Below the pieces are notes generated by a model, which was given only the letters and a program-made list of their open reading frames with translations, was not told where the DNA came from and made no database searches. This document shows positions 36,121 to 46,700 of a DNA stretch of 64,000 nucleotides, piece after piece. Made by a program: the position numbers and the translations under genes. Source of the stretch: Candidatus Latescibacterota bacterium (GTDB taxonomy: Bacteria; Latescibacterota; UBA2968); assembly GCA_965204375.1 (NCBI GenBank), contig OZ241986.1:1664001-1728000 (forward strand), written 5' to 3'. Numbering within the stretch: the first letter of the stretch is position 1; every line of letters starts with the position of its first letter.

Positions 36121-39100
36121 ATGTTATCTATTTGTTACAATGTATGGGGCGTTGCGCGTTATGAGCGCAAAATGCTCTTGAGAACCACAAAATTCCGTAT
36201 TTTGGGCGGCCTGGGGATGAGCATTCCCGTTTTGCTCGGTATCGGCTTTGCCATAGCAGAAGCCAACGGTGCTGAACTGCCCGTGGGAATTGATTCTTAT
36301 GTTCCATTTTTAGTGTACAGTTTCTTGCAGACCATTGTCATAGCATTTATTGTAGGGGATTTTAGAGCGGCGGATGAACAGGCGCATATTTACGAAGTCG
36401 TGGCCGGGCGGCCCATTTCCACTGCAGAACTGGTTGCGGGTAAGTATCTGGGCATTGTTAGTGCGCTTGTCTTTTTGAGCCTGGGCGTTCTGCTTTTAAC
36501 CCTGAGTATCCAGGCTGCAAAAATCAGCATGACGGGTAATCCATTTACAATAAAACCCTATATCAGCTACCTCGTGCTCATGAACCTGCCCGCCCTGATT
36601 TTTATGTCTTCTGTGACATTTTTTCTGGGGGCAGTGTTGCGACGGCAAGCTGCAGTTGCCCTGATTGTGATCGGGTACTTGTTGGCCGTCTTGTTATTCC
36701 TGGGCAGGCGATATGACGGCATCTACGACTTTGGTGCTTTTTTTACGCCTCTGTATTATTCCGATCTGATTGGTCTGGCAGATATTACGCAAGTGGGGCT
36801 AAAACGCCTGTTTTACATCTTGCTCGGCATTGGATTTTTTGGGTTTTCAATTGATTGGTATCCCCGCCTTGCGCATTCCATAGTCGCGCGGTGGTTTGGT
36901 CGCGGCTGCGCGTTGACCGGTTTTGGTCTGGCTGTGGGCCTTTACTTCTATATGGGTGCAGAGGCACAAGAAGGGAAAGCGTATCGCCAGTCTCTGCTCG
37001 AGCAACAGGAAGCGGTTGCGAATATTCCCGTCGCGGAAATAACCCATTACGATCTGGCATTGACGCTTTTGGGAGAGGAACCGCTTGCTGCCTCTGGCAC
37101 GATTAGATTGAAAAATTCCAACGAAGTCCCGCTCGATACGCTGATCCTTTCGCTCAATCCCGGATTAAAAATCCAGAGCCTGACGCGCGGCGATGGCGGC
37201 ACAATAGCGTGGGAGCGGATGGGAAGCGTGATCCGCGTTGTGCCTACTAACCCCCTGCAATCGGAGCGAGAACTCGATCTGACATTGGCTTATGCGGGTG
37301 ATATTAACACGGAAGGTTTTGACCTCAAACGGGAAAAAGCCAGACCGAAGTTACGCAAACGCGAAGGGCCATTTGGAATATTTAATAAAGGCTCTCTGAC
37401 GGCGTGGATTCGCGACAATTCCATCTTCTTGCCTCCGCGCAGCCGATGGTATCCGGTAACGGGCGTTGATTACGGCTATGAAGATACGCGCGCGGTTTCC
37501 TTTTCAACGGCAAATTTACAAATAACATACCCGCAAGGCATTGAAGTCATTACTCAGGGGCAGGTCGGCAAGACCGATACACTCGACACACAGATAACGC
37601 GCCAATGGACTGTTGAAAAACCCGTGCCTGTCCTATCGCTGAATGCGGGCGAATACCGCGTTTACCGCGCGATCATTCACGACGTCGAATGCGCCCTTTA
37701 CGCCCATCCATCACATCTGCGTCCAGTCCGATTTTTTGAAGGTGCCGAAGAAGAGATTTTGCGCGCACTCGGGCAAATTATGGACGCAATGGAACAGGAA
37801 TCGGGCATGAAATATCCCTATGCCAGTCTTTCTCTGGTGGAAATCCCCTTCCATGTTCAATGGTATTACGAAGGCTGGGAAGAAAAGGGCGGTTTGACGC
37901 AGCCCGGTGTGTTAATGATAGAAGAAGATGTGTTCATGAGGCAGCAATTCACCCGCGATTTCAAGCGCTATCAGGAGCGCTCGCGCGGCAACCGTGAACC
38001 CAAAGATATTAAAAAGGATCTTTTGGTACGCGCGGTTTTTTCGACCTTCTTTTCCAGAGAGGGAAATTCGGGCAGACAGGGACAACCAGGCGGATTGTTT
38101 CGCAGCCCAGTTGTTCAACTCTGGGCTTATGACAAGCAGTTTGTGGGCGACCACCATGCCTTGCTCAAAAAGGGCATGCCCCTGTATCTCCAGAATGATT
38201 TGAGCACCGATATGACCTCTGCGTTTTATTCGAGCCAACGACGCGGTGGCGGGCGTGGTGGACCCGGAGGGCGCGATGGTCCCGGAGGACGCGGTGGACC
38301 CGGAGGGCGCGGCAGGACAGCTGGTGGTGGGGCTGCCTGGGATACGTTGATCGCGAAAATGCAACGCAAGTCATTTGCCGATTTAAATCCCGAAACGCAA
38401 GCCGGCCTCTATCGCCAGGTTCTCGACGCCAAGGGACCCGCACTTTTTCAAATGATGGAATCTTTTTTGGGTGAGGAAACATTTCGCACGGTCTTAGACG
38501 ACATAGACCACAATCACAAATACGAAAACATCGATTTTTCCACCTTTGAACGCGCTGCTGTGGGCGATACCACAGAAAGTGACGAGAGCCAAAAATTGCA
38601 GCGCCTCGTCAACGACTGGATTTTCAGTACAGAAATCCCGGGCTATACCCTTACAAGGGTAAAAGCACTGAAGATGGACGACGGCTTTGGGATGGTGGTC
38701 TATCAATTGATTCTGCGGATAAAGAATAGCGAACCGGGCCGGGGATATGTGCAAATTACAGCTACGGGCCGGGGCGATGAAGCCCTAAAAGGCGTAGAGA
38801 TTGAAGGTGGACAGGAAATTGAAGTCTCGATGGTTTTGTGGGAGCAACCATTCAGGGTGATGGTCGAACCCTTTTTTGCGCGCAATCGGCGACCTCTTAT
38901 GTCCCCCGTGCGCGTCCCCGAAGATGTCACAGAGGGCTTTCCCGTTGCTTATGTCAAAGACGTGACGGGCGAAGAGTCCGGTCCTGTTGAGATTATTGTA
39001 GATAATGACGACGACGGATTCTCAATGCCCGTGCGACGCGCAACGCGCTACTTCCGCCCGGGACTCAAAGGCGGCAACTGGCGCGAGCAGGGCTCGCCAA

Positions 39101-39606
39101 TGGCCTTTGGGCGATTTGAGACAAATTTTCGAATGAAACATCCGGGCGATGGGGCACAGCCGGCTGTGTGGACAGCGCAAATCCCCAAAGACGGCGAGTA
39201 CGATGTGAGCTTCTTTTTTCCCGATCCCTCAATGGCCAGGCGCATGCGCGTCGGATCGAATTTTATACTCACTATTTTTCACAGCGGCAAAGCCGATACC
39301 CTCGAAATGGAGCGCGACCAGATGAAAGCGGGATGGAATTATCTGGGGCGATACAAATTTGCCGAGGGCGAAGAAGCCGTAGTCGAATTGTCCGACCGAG
39401 CAGAAGGGCGTGGGCGCCTGTATGCCGATGCTGTACGATGGCGCTTTTTTGACCCGGAAAACCCCGATGCCTACGAAGATGAAATGCCCACCTTTATGTT
39501 TCGCGGTCGAGGTGGACCAGGTGGCGGGCCTGGGGGGCGCGGCGGCGGGGATGGTAGGCGAGGTTCCGGTGGTGGCAGAGGTGGCGGCGGGTTGTTGGGC
39601 TTTTAA
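36121..39606 (+). CDS. ABC-2 permease fused to an M1-aminopeptidase-like fold (no HExxH) and a Golvesin/Xly-CBD-like domain
   Basis: N-terminal TM bundle (RPIS..E...GK.LG); HYDL.L, WYP, YPY..L..VE.P and KG......lG...F M1-like elements; IIVDN.D.GF...W...G.Y.V...GWNYLG.Y.F...ADAVRW C-domain; Gly/Arg-rich inserts. Confidence 0.75.
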   Translation: MLSICYNVWGVARYERKMLLRTTKFRILGGLGMSIPVLLGIGFAIAEANGAELPVGIDSYVPFLVYSFLQTIVIAFIVGDFRAADEQAHIYEVVAGRPISTAELVAGKYLGIVSALVFLSLGVLLLTLSIQAAKISMTGNPFTIKPYISYLVLMNLPALIFMSSVTFFLGAVLRRQAAVALIVIGYLLAVLLFLGRRYDGIYDFGAFFTPLYYSDLIGLADITQVGLKRLFYILLGIGFFGFSIDWYPRLAHSIVARWFGRGCALTGFGLAVGLYFYMGAEAQEGKAYRQSLLEQQEAVANIPVAEITHYDLALTLLGEEPLAASGTIRLKNSNEVPLDTLILSLNPGLKIQSLTRGDGGTIAWERMGSVIRVVPTNPLQSERELDLTLAYAGDINTEGFDLKREKARPKLRKREGPFGIFNKGSLTAWIRDNSIFLPPRSRWYPVTGVDYGYEDTRAVSFSTANLQITYPQGIEVITQGQVGKTDTLDTQITRQWTVEKPVPVLSLNAGEYRVYRAIIHDVECALYAHPSHLRPVRFFEGAEEEILRALGQIMDAMEQESGMKYPYASLSLVEIPFHVQWYYEGWEEKGGLTQPGVLMIEEDVFMRQQFTRDFKRYQERSRGNREPKDIKKDLLVRAVFSTFFSREGNSGRQGQPGGLFRSPVVQLWAYDKQFVGDHHALLKKGMPLYLQNDLSTDMTSAFYSSQRRGGGRGGPGGRDGPGGRGGPGGRGRTAGGGAAWDTLIAKMQRKSFADLNPETQAGLYRQVLDAKGPALFQMMESFLGEETFRTVLDDIDHNHKYENIDFSTFERAAVGDTTESDESQKLQRLVNDWIFSTEIPGYTLTRVKALKMDDGFGMVVYQLILRIKNSEPGRGYVQITATGRGDEALKGVEIEGGQEIEVSMVLWEQPFRVMVEPFFARNRRPLMSPVRVPEDVTEGFPVAYVKDVTGEESGPVEIIVDNDDDGFSMPVRRATRYFRPGLKGGNWREQGSPMAFGRFETNFRMKHPGDGAQPAVWTAQIPKDGEYDVSFFFPDPSMARRMRVGSNFILTIFHSGKADTLEMERDQMKAGWNYLGRYKFAEGEEAVVELSDRAEGRGRLYADAVRWRFFDPENPDAYEDEMPTFMFRGRGGPGGGPGGRGGGDGRRGSGGGRGGGGLLGF
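38257..38310 (+). repeat. 3 x 18-bp coding repeat (GGPGGR/DGPGGR)
   Basis: GGTGGACCCGGAGGGCGC / GATGGTCCCGGAGGACGC / GGTGGACCCGGAGGGCGC. Confidence 0.8.
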
Positions 39607-39618
39607 TTTAACGGAGGA

Positions 39619-40692
39619 ATGGACGTGAAGTTTGATTTTTGCTCAAAATTTCTGTTGGTAATTGTCCTTTGTGGGATAGTCGCCTGTGATCAACAGGCGG
39701 AACAGCGCACCGTTGACCTGACGGTTCCCGTTACTGTTCAATCCGTAGAGACGGGAACAATCGAATCTATAGTGACAGCTACCGGAACACTCAGACCCGT
39801 GCGCGAAGCCCAGATCACGACGGAGATTCGGGGAAATCTGTACTGGAGCAAAGGGAGTAATAACCGCTTGCTCGCCAAGGGATCAGAGGTTAGAAGGAGG
39901 CAGACTATAGCCAGGCTCGACAGCGACGAATGGGTTGTTGGCGCACGGGTGGAAGCGCGCAAACTGGCGGTTGAAACAGCCAAGCGAACGCTAAAAGAGC
40001 AGGAAACTCTGTTTAGCCGACAACTGGCAACGGAAATGGACGTTGAAAGTGCGCGTAGAGCCTGGGCCGATGCAGAAGCCAATTATCAGGATGCCCTCAT
40101 CAAGATCGATAAAACCAAACTTTTAGCCCCCATTCAGGGCGTGCTATCGGAACTTGCGGATATTACGCAGGGAACGCTGGTGACTCCAAATACCGCAATC
40201 GCAAAAATTATGGATTATTCACAGGTATTTGTGGATCTGAAAATTCCCAATGCCCAGATTATTAACGTGAAATTGGGCCAAGGCATCCGCGTGAGTAATT
40301 ACGCTTTGCCCGAAGAAGTTTTTGAGGGCGAGATTGTCGAGATGGATCCCGCCATTGATCCGGTCACGCGCACGGTTCAGGTCGTCGGAATGGTCGATAA
40401 TCCCGACTTGTTGTTGCGGGCGGGCATGTTTGTAAAAACGGAAATCGTCACGGAATCGCGGCAAAATGTCGTACTTATTGCGCGCAATCTCGTTTTGCGG
40501 CGCAGAAATCAGAAGGTCGTTTTTATCGAAGAAGAAGGCCGCGCGCAACAACGCGAAGTCGAAACAGGTCTGGAAGACCGCGAGCGCGTGGAAATTGTGG
40601 TCGGCCTTGAACCGGGAGACCAATTGATCACGAGCAATTACGAAACACTGAGGCCGCGCACCCGGGTGCGGGTCACGGGAGATAGCCGATGA
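39619..40692 (+). CDS. RND periplasmic adaptor (membrane fusion protein), probable lipoprotein
   Basis: IVA-C lipobox, G..V...Q.IA.LD, helical hairpin, APIQG, P.IDP.TRT, L.AGMF, GL..GD.LI. Confidence 0.93.
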   Translation: MDVKFDFCSKFLLVIVLCGIVACDQQAEQRTVDLTVPVTVQSVETGTIESIVTATGTLRPVREAQITTEIRGNLYWSKGSNNRLLAKGSEVRRRQTIARLDSDEWVVGARVEARKLAVETAKRTLKEQETLFSRQLATEMDVESARRAWADAEANYQDALIKIDKTKLLAPIQGVLSELADITQGTLVTPNTAIAKIMDYSQVFVDLKIPNAQIINVKLGQGIRVSNYALPEEVFEGEIVEMDPAIDPVTRTVQVVGMVDNPDLLLRAGMFVKTEIVTESRQNVVLIARNLVLRRRNQKVVFIEEEGRAQQREVETGLEDRERVEIVVGLEPGDQLITSNYETLRPRTRVRVTGDSR

Positions 40693-43600
40693 ATTTGCCG
40701 GAATTTTCAACGCGATATCCCGTGACAATTGCCATGGCGACCCTCGCGGTGGTATTGCTTGGATGGATATCGCTAGACGGTCTGGGCACCGATCTCTTGC
40801 CCGATTTGCAGACGCCTGTCGTCACCATAGACCTGGCAGCACCGGGCAAATCGCCTGTCGAGATCGAAGAAAGCTATACGCGCCGCCTCGAGCGCGACGT
40901 GAGCACGATTAATGGTGTCAAGCGCGTGTATTCGATTACCCGCTCGGGACAAGCCGTAGTCATTGCGGAATTTGCCTGGGATGCGGACATGGATTACGGG
41001 TTGCTCGACGTACAAAAAAGAGTGGGTCGCTATGCGGCGAATGAAGATGTGTCGCAGTTGGATGTGACACGAGAAGACCCGCTCGCACTCGCAGTGATGC
41101 GCATTGCGATTACAGCAGACGAAAACACGGAACTCGACGCACTGATGGGCACGGTAGAATTGCTGATCAAGCCCAAATTGGAGGCCCTCGAAGGCGTGGC
41201 GTCTGCTGAAGTGGAAGGGGGAGCAGAAAAGGAAGTGCGCGTTTCGCTCGACCCCTATTTGCTCGAAGCGTTTGGGCTTTCACCCGATGCGGTCATCAAT
41301 CGCATCGCACAGGCAAATGCCGATGTATCCGGAGGTACGCTCAGAGAAAATCAGCAGTCGTATCTGGTCAAAGCCCTCGGTCGCTTAAATGACATAAACG
41401 ATGTGCGGGAAGTCATCGTGGGAGAAAAGCGCGGGGGAGGAGGCACGGTTTCTGGAGATCGCGTGCCGGTGCGCGTGCGCGACGTGGGCACGGTTGATCT
41501 GGAATATCAAGAGCGAGAAACCATTGTACGCCTCAATGGACGGGAATGCGTTGGCCTCGCCATTTACAAAGAAGCCGGCAGCAATACAGTCGCCGTGGTC
41601 AATACGGTATTGGATGCGATAGACGATATCGAAGCAGATCTGAGCGGCATGCGGTTTACAACCGTCGAAAATCAGGCGCGATTTGTCGAAGACGCCATAG
41701 GTGAAGTCGAAACATCTGCCATTCATGGGGCAATTTTGGCAATTTTCGTGCTTTTGATCGCGTTGCGAAGTTGGACGGTGACGCTGGTGATTGCGTTGGC
41801 GATTCCCATTTCCGTATTGGCGACGTTCTCGCTCATGTACTTTGAAGGGCTGTCCCTGAATATTATGACGCTGGGCGGATTGGCCCTGGGCGCGGGCATG
41901 CTCGTTGACAATGCCATTGTGGTCATTGAAAACATTTATCGCCATCTCGAAAGTGGCGAGGATGCGCGCACAGCATCGAGTCGCGGAGCCTCTGAAGTCG
42001 GCGTGGCAATTCTGGCCTCAACGCTGACGACCGTGGCTGTTTTTTTGCCCATTGTCTATTTGCAGGGGCTGGCGGGCAAACTCTTTGTGGATCAGGCGTG
42101 GACAGTAGCATTTTCGCTGCTGTCATCACTGGTTGTGGCAATGACGACGATTCCGATGCTGACGTCGCGTATTTTCAGGCGGCTGAATACCACGCGTCAC
42201 ACGACCATTCGGTCGGACAAATACTATCGGTTTCTCAATGGTGTTTTGAACCGCAAACTCATCATGCTCGGCGTCGTGCTGCTCATTCTGGGTGGGACGG
42301 GATATATCGCCCGCGAGTTGCAGACCGAATTTATCCCACGCGAAGATCAGGGGCTGTTTCAAATTGACCTCACATTGTCCGAAGGCTCGCGTGTGGAACT
42401 GAGCGATCAGGTCGCCCTGCACGCCAAGGAGATTGTCGAAAGCGTTGGCGGAAGCGATGTGGCACATGTGTACGCACTGGTCGGCCTCAATCCCGCTCTG
42501 GTATCGAGCGGAGGCGAACCAACGGGTCCCAATCGCGCGACCCTATCGGTGGCTTTGCACACACAGCGGTCGCGCAGCGTCAGCGAGTTGGTGCGCGATC
42601 TGGATCCCATTTTGAGTGCCATGCCCGATATCGAGGTGAAATACAAGTTACACGAAACCGCGCTCGAAGGCGTGATGGGAGGGCAAGAAGCGCCCATTCA
42701 GGTCGAAGTGTCTGGGGAAAATCTCGATATTTTGGCACGCATCACAAAAGAGCTTCAGACGAGGATCGAGGATCTGCCTTCGGTGTACAATGTGCGCACG
42801 AGTTTTCAAGGCGGACAGCCAGAAATCGATCTGGCGATTCGCGATGAAGTGGCATCGGCTTTTGGACTGACTACCCAGACCATCAGCCGCACATTGGAAA
42901 GACAACTGTCGGGTGAAGTTGCCGGCGAATTGTCAAAAGACCAGCGCACGAGGGATATCCGCGTGAAATATCGAGATATGGACCTGCGCGAACTCCACAC
43001 CATGCAAATCGAAGGATCAGATGGCGCGATCCTGACATTGGGGGATATTGCCGAACTCAATATTATTGAAGGTCCCCGCGAAATTTTGAGAGAAAATCAG
43101 CAGCGCGTGGGGCGCATTACGGGCTATCTCACAGAAGGGCGCATTTTAAGTGAAGCCATTGCCGACGTACGCGCCATCATGCAGGAAATGGTTGTGCCGT
43201 CCGGGTATCGCGTTGAAATTGGCGGGGAAGAGCGCGAACGCGCGGCGTCATTTGAAAGTCTCAAATTCGCACTCCTGCTTTCAATTGTTCTGGTCTATAT
43301 GGTTATGGCATCGCTGTTTGAATCCACGCTCCATCCGTTCACCGTCATGTTTTCCGTTCCCTTAGCTGGCGTCGGCGTAATATTTGGATTCTATCTTTTG
43401 GGCGAACCGCTCAGTGTAATGGCCTATATCGGCATTATTATGCTGGGTGGTATTGCGGTCAACGATGCGATTGTGCTCGTGGATCGCATCAACCAGCTCC
43501 GGCAAGCTGGCTTGACGCTGCGAGAAGCAATTCTCCAGGGTGGTCAAGACCGCTTGCGCCCCATTATGATGACGAGTGCGACGACCATTCTCGCTCTGCT

Positions 43601-43754
43601 GCCCATGGCACTCGGCTTTGGCGAGGGGGCAAAATTGCGCGCGCCTATGGCGATTGCCGTCATTGCCGGATTGGTGACATCGACATTGATGACCTTACTC
43701 GTGATACCCACCATGTATGAACTAATTGATCGACTTCGGGGGAAATCCGCGTGA
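40689..43754 (+). CDS. AcrB/AcrD/AcrF family RND permease
   Basis: SLNIMTLGGLALGAGMLVDNAIVVIENI, STLTTVAVFLP, GIAVNDAIVLVD, RLRPIMMTS.TT, APMAIAVI.GL. Confidence 0.95.
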   Translation: MNLPEFSTRYPVTIAMATLAVVLLGWISLDGLGTDLLPDLQTPVVTIDLAAPGKSPVEIEESYTRRLERDVSTINGVKRVYSITRSGQAVVIAEFAWDADMDYGLLDVQKRVGRYAANEDVSQLDVTREDPLALAVMRIAITADENTELDALMGTVELLIKPKLEALEGVASAEVEGGAEKEVRVSLDPYLLEAFGLSPDAVINRIAQANADVSGGTLRENQQSYLVKALGRLNDINDVREVIVGEKRGGGGTVSGDRVPVRVRDVGTVDLEYQERETIVRLNGRECVGLAIYKEAGSNTVAVVNTVLDAIDDIEADLSGMRFTTVENQARFVEDAIGEVETSAIHGAILAIFVLLIALRSWTVTLVIALAIPISVLATFSLMYFEGLSLNIMTLGGLALGAGMLVDNAIVVIENIYRHLESGEDARTASSRGASEVGVAILASTLTTVAVFLPIVYLQGLAGKLFVDQAWTVAFSLLSSLVVAMTTIPMLTSRIFRRLNTTRHTTIRSDKYYRFLNGVLNRKLIMLGVVLLILGGTGYIARELQTEFIPREDQGLFQIDLTLSEGSRVELSDQVALHAKEIVESVGGSDVAHVYALVGLNPALVSSGGEPTGPNRATLSVALHTQRSRSVSELVRDLDPILSAMPDIEVKYKLHETALEGVMGGQEAPIQVEVSGENLDILARITKELQTRIEDLPSVYNVRTSFQGGQPEIDLAIRDEVASAFGLTTQTISRTLERQLSGEVAGELSKDQRTRDIRVKYRDMDLRELHTMQIEGSDGAILTLGDIAELNIIEGPREILRENQQRVGRITGYLTEGRILSEAIADVRAIMQEMVVPSGYRVEIGGEERERAASFESLKFALLLSIVLVYMVMASLFESTLHPFTVMFSVPLAGVGVIFGFYLLGEPLSVMAYIGIIMLGGIAVNDAIVLVDRINQLRQAGLTLREAILQGGQDRLRPIMMTSATTILALLPMALGFGEGAKLRAPMAIAVIAGLVTSTLMTLLVIPTMYELIDRLRGKSA

Positions 43755-46700
43755 CACTTGCTGGTATTGCCGTTCGGCGGCCCGTGACCACGGCCATGTT
43801 TTTTCTTGGTCTGGCTATTTTAGGCGCGATTTCACTGGATCGGTTGCCCGTTCAGATATTTCCCGAACTCGTTCGCCCGGAAGTCTTTATCACAGTTACT
43901 CAGCAGGGCTACTCGCCCGAGCAGGTCGAGCGGGAATTGGTGATGCCCGTCGAGGGAGAAGTAGGCAAACTTGAAGGCATTGAGGCGTATGAGTCCTTTT
44001 CTCGTCAGAACAATGGCCAGATACGCATTTCTTACGCGCCCAATACGGATATGAAATTCGCTCTGTTGCAGCTCGAGAGCCGCATCACGCGCCTGCAATC
44101 GCTTTTGCCCGAAAGAACGCGGGTCAACATACAGCGCTTTGATTCCTCTGATCTGAGTGCCTCGGTGATGCAAATCCACGTGCTGGGCGAAGGCGATATA
44201 AACTGGCTACGCGAATTTGCCGAGGAGAAAATCAGGCCAGAATTGGAAGCGGTCGATGGCGTTGTCAACGCGCAGGTCCTGGGCGGGCAAAGGACAGCTA
44301 TTGAAATTATTGTCGATCCATTGATGCTGCAGGCGCACCAGCTTGCGATGTCTGATGTTCGCAATCGCATCAATGCTTTTAATACGCGGCGGCAATATCT
44401 CGGGCGGGTGTACGACGGCGACCAGGCTTATGCGGTCAGCATTCAGGGGCAATTTACAGACCTCGTGCAAATCCGCAGAGTCGTTATCAAACCCGAATTG
44501 CCCCTGCATCTGGGCGACATTGCCCAAATTCGCTACGGCCTTCAGGAGCGTACAGATCTGCAGCGCATCAATGGCAAACCCGCCGTTGGCATTCGCATTC
44601 AAAAAGACGATGAAGCCAATCTCATCGAACTTGCAGGAGAACTCGAAGACACCATCGAACGCGTCAACCGCGATCTCGCCTATGAAAATATCCAGCTCGT
44701 GATCAGCCAGAATCTGGCAGAGATTATGAACGAAGCCCTCAATACCCTCAAACTGGCCGCTGTTGTCGGGGGATTGCTCGGGCTTTTTGTTTTGTTCTTG
44801 TTTTTGAGAAATCTGCGTTTTGTCGCTGTTTTGCTCCTCGCCATTCCGTGTTCTTTGCTGCTCACATTCAATCTGATGTATATGTGGGATCTCAGTTTGA
44901 ATGTGCTCTCGCTGTGTGGCCTCGCGCTTGCAATTGGTATGTTGATGGACAACAGCATCGTGGTCATGGAAAATATCTTCAAGCATTTTGAACAGGGTAA
45001 ATCCCCCAAAGAAGCCGCAAAAGCCGGAACCGATGAGGTTGCACGCGCCGTTGTTGCGGCTACAGCGACTACGATTACGGTTTTTTTGCCCGTTGTTTTT
45101 ATTCAAAGCGATTTTCAGGATATCCTGCGGGAACTCGCGTTGTCCATGGTATTTCCGCTGCTTGCCTCTCTCCTTGTCGCGCTCACACTCGTGCCTGCCC
45201 TCGCATCGAAAACCCTTTCTCTCACATCTCGACCACCGACGGAAACAGGCGTATTGATCGAGATGTACACCGTATGTCTCAAAGCGGGCTTGCGCCATAG
45301 AATCAGCGTGTCACTGGGCATTGCCGGCGCGCTTGTCGTCACGCTGATCATTTCTTTTTTCTTTATGCTACAACAGGATATCCGCCAGGAAGAAAGCCGT
45401 TTTACCGTCTATATCAGCATGCCTGAAGGCACGACTATTGAAGCCCTCGATGCTGTTGTTGGCGAAATTGAAAGTGCTGTGCGAGATCTCAAAGGTATAG
45501 ATCGCTTTACGACCAGTATCAGCGAAACCCAGGCGAGTATCAATGTGGAGCTTTTGCCCTTAGCCGAACGCCCCGACCAGATTTCTGTCGATCTCATCAA
45601 GGAGAATCTCGAAGAGTCATTCGGTGATGTCCAAAATGCAATTGTGAGTTATGAGGCCATCGCGCGTACGGGTAGGGGAGGTGGTGGTGGCCGAGGCGGT
45701 GGGGGAGGCGGCGGTATTCGAGGCACCCGCCAGGCATCTGGTGGATTCAATCTGGAAGGGGGCACCCCTTCGGAAATGGCTGTAATTCGCGGCTATGATT
45801 TCACGGTGCTTCAAATGCTTGCCGACGATCTGGTCTATCGCCTCGAAGAATTGGAGGAACTCGATCCCAATAGCGTGCAGGCCGATGCAGAACGCGGCGC
45901 ATCTGAAGTGCATGTTTTGCCCGATGAAGAAGTGATGTTTGATCGGCGATTGCAGGTTCGCCAGGTGCTCAATGCAGTATCCGACGCCAATCCGCGCGGT
46001 GCGCGGTCCAATATCGCATTTCTCACACCCGAAGGTGTGGAAATCCCGATTGATATTCGCAATGTTGAAGATCCCGAAGAAGAAGGGGAAGGCATTGCGG
46101 GCTTGAGACAGACGCCGATTCTGGGTACGGGGGGGACGTACATTCCCCTTGTGGAAGTTTCGCATGTGCGCCGGGATCAGGGCAGGAGCATGATTTTGCG
46201 CACCAATCAATCGCGGCGCGTAATTGTGTCCTATCGCTTCGCCGACGAAATTTTGCAATCTCAGCCTCTGCTGGAAGCCTCCCGCGATTATGTGCAAGCT
46301 GTGGTCTCTGAAATGGTACTTCCCGAAGGGTATAGTATCGAAATGATCGAGGCAGAGGAAGAGACGATTTATTACTGGATGCTCGGCATTGCTGCACTGC
46401 TCATTTTTATGATTTTGGCCTCTTTGTTTGAATCGCTTTCTGCGCCTTTGATTATTCTGTGTACGTTGCCCACGGCAATTATTGGATCGTGCTGGGCCCT
46501 GGTCTTATCGGGTACGGGATTGACCCAACAAGAAGGCCCAATGGCACTGTTGGGATTTATTGTTTTGCTCGGTATTGCCGTCAACAATGGGATCGTGCTG
46601 ATCGATGCGATTGGAACCCTTCGCAATCGCCGCGGATTCAGGCGAGAACGCGCGGTGCTCGCGGCGAGTCGGTCGCGTGTGCGCCCCATTTTAATGACTT

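Noticed and set aside
44207-45298. 363-aa minus-strand ORF
   Set aside because: Antisense shadow of the RND gene with no recognisable motifs.
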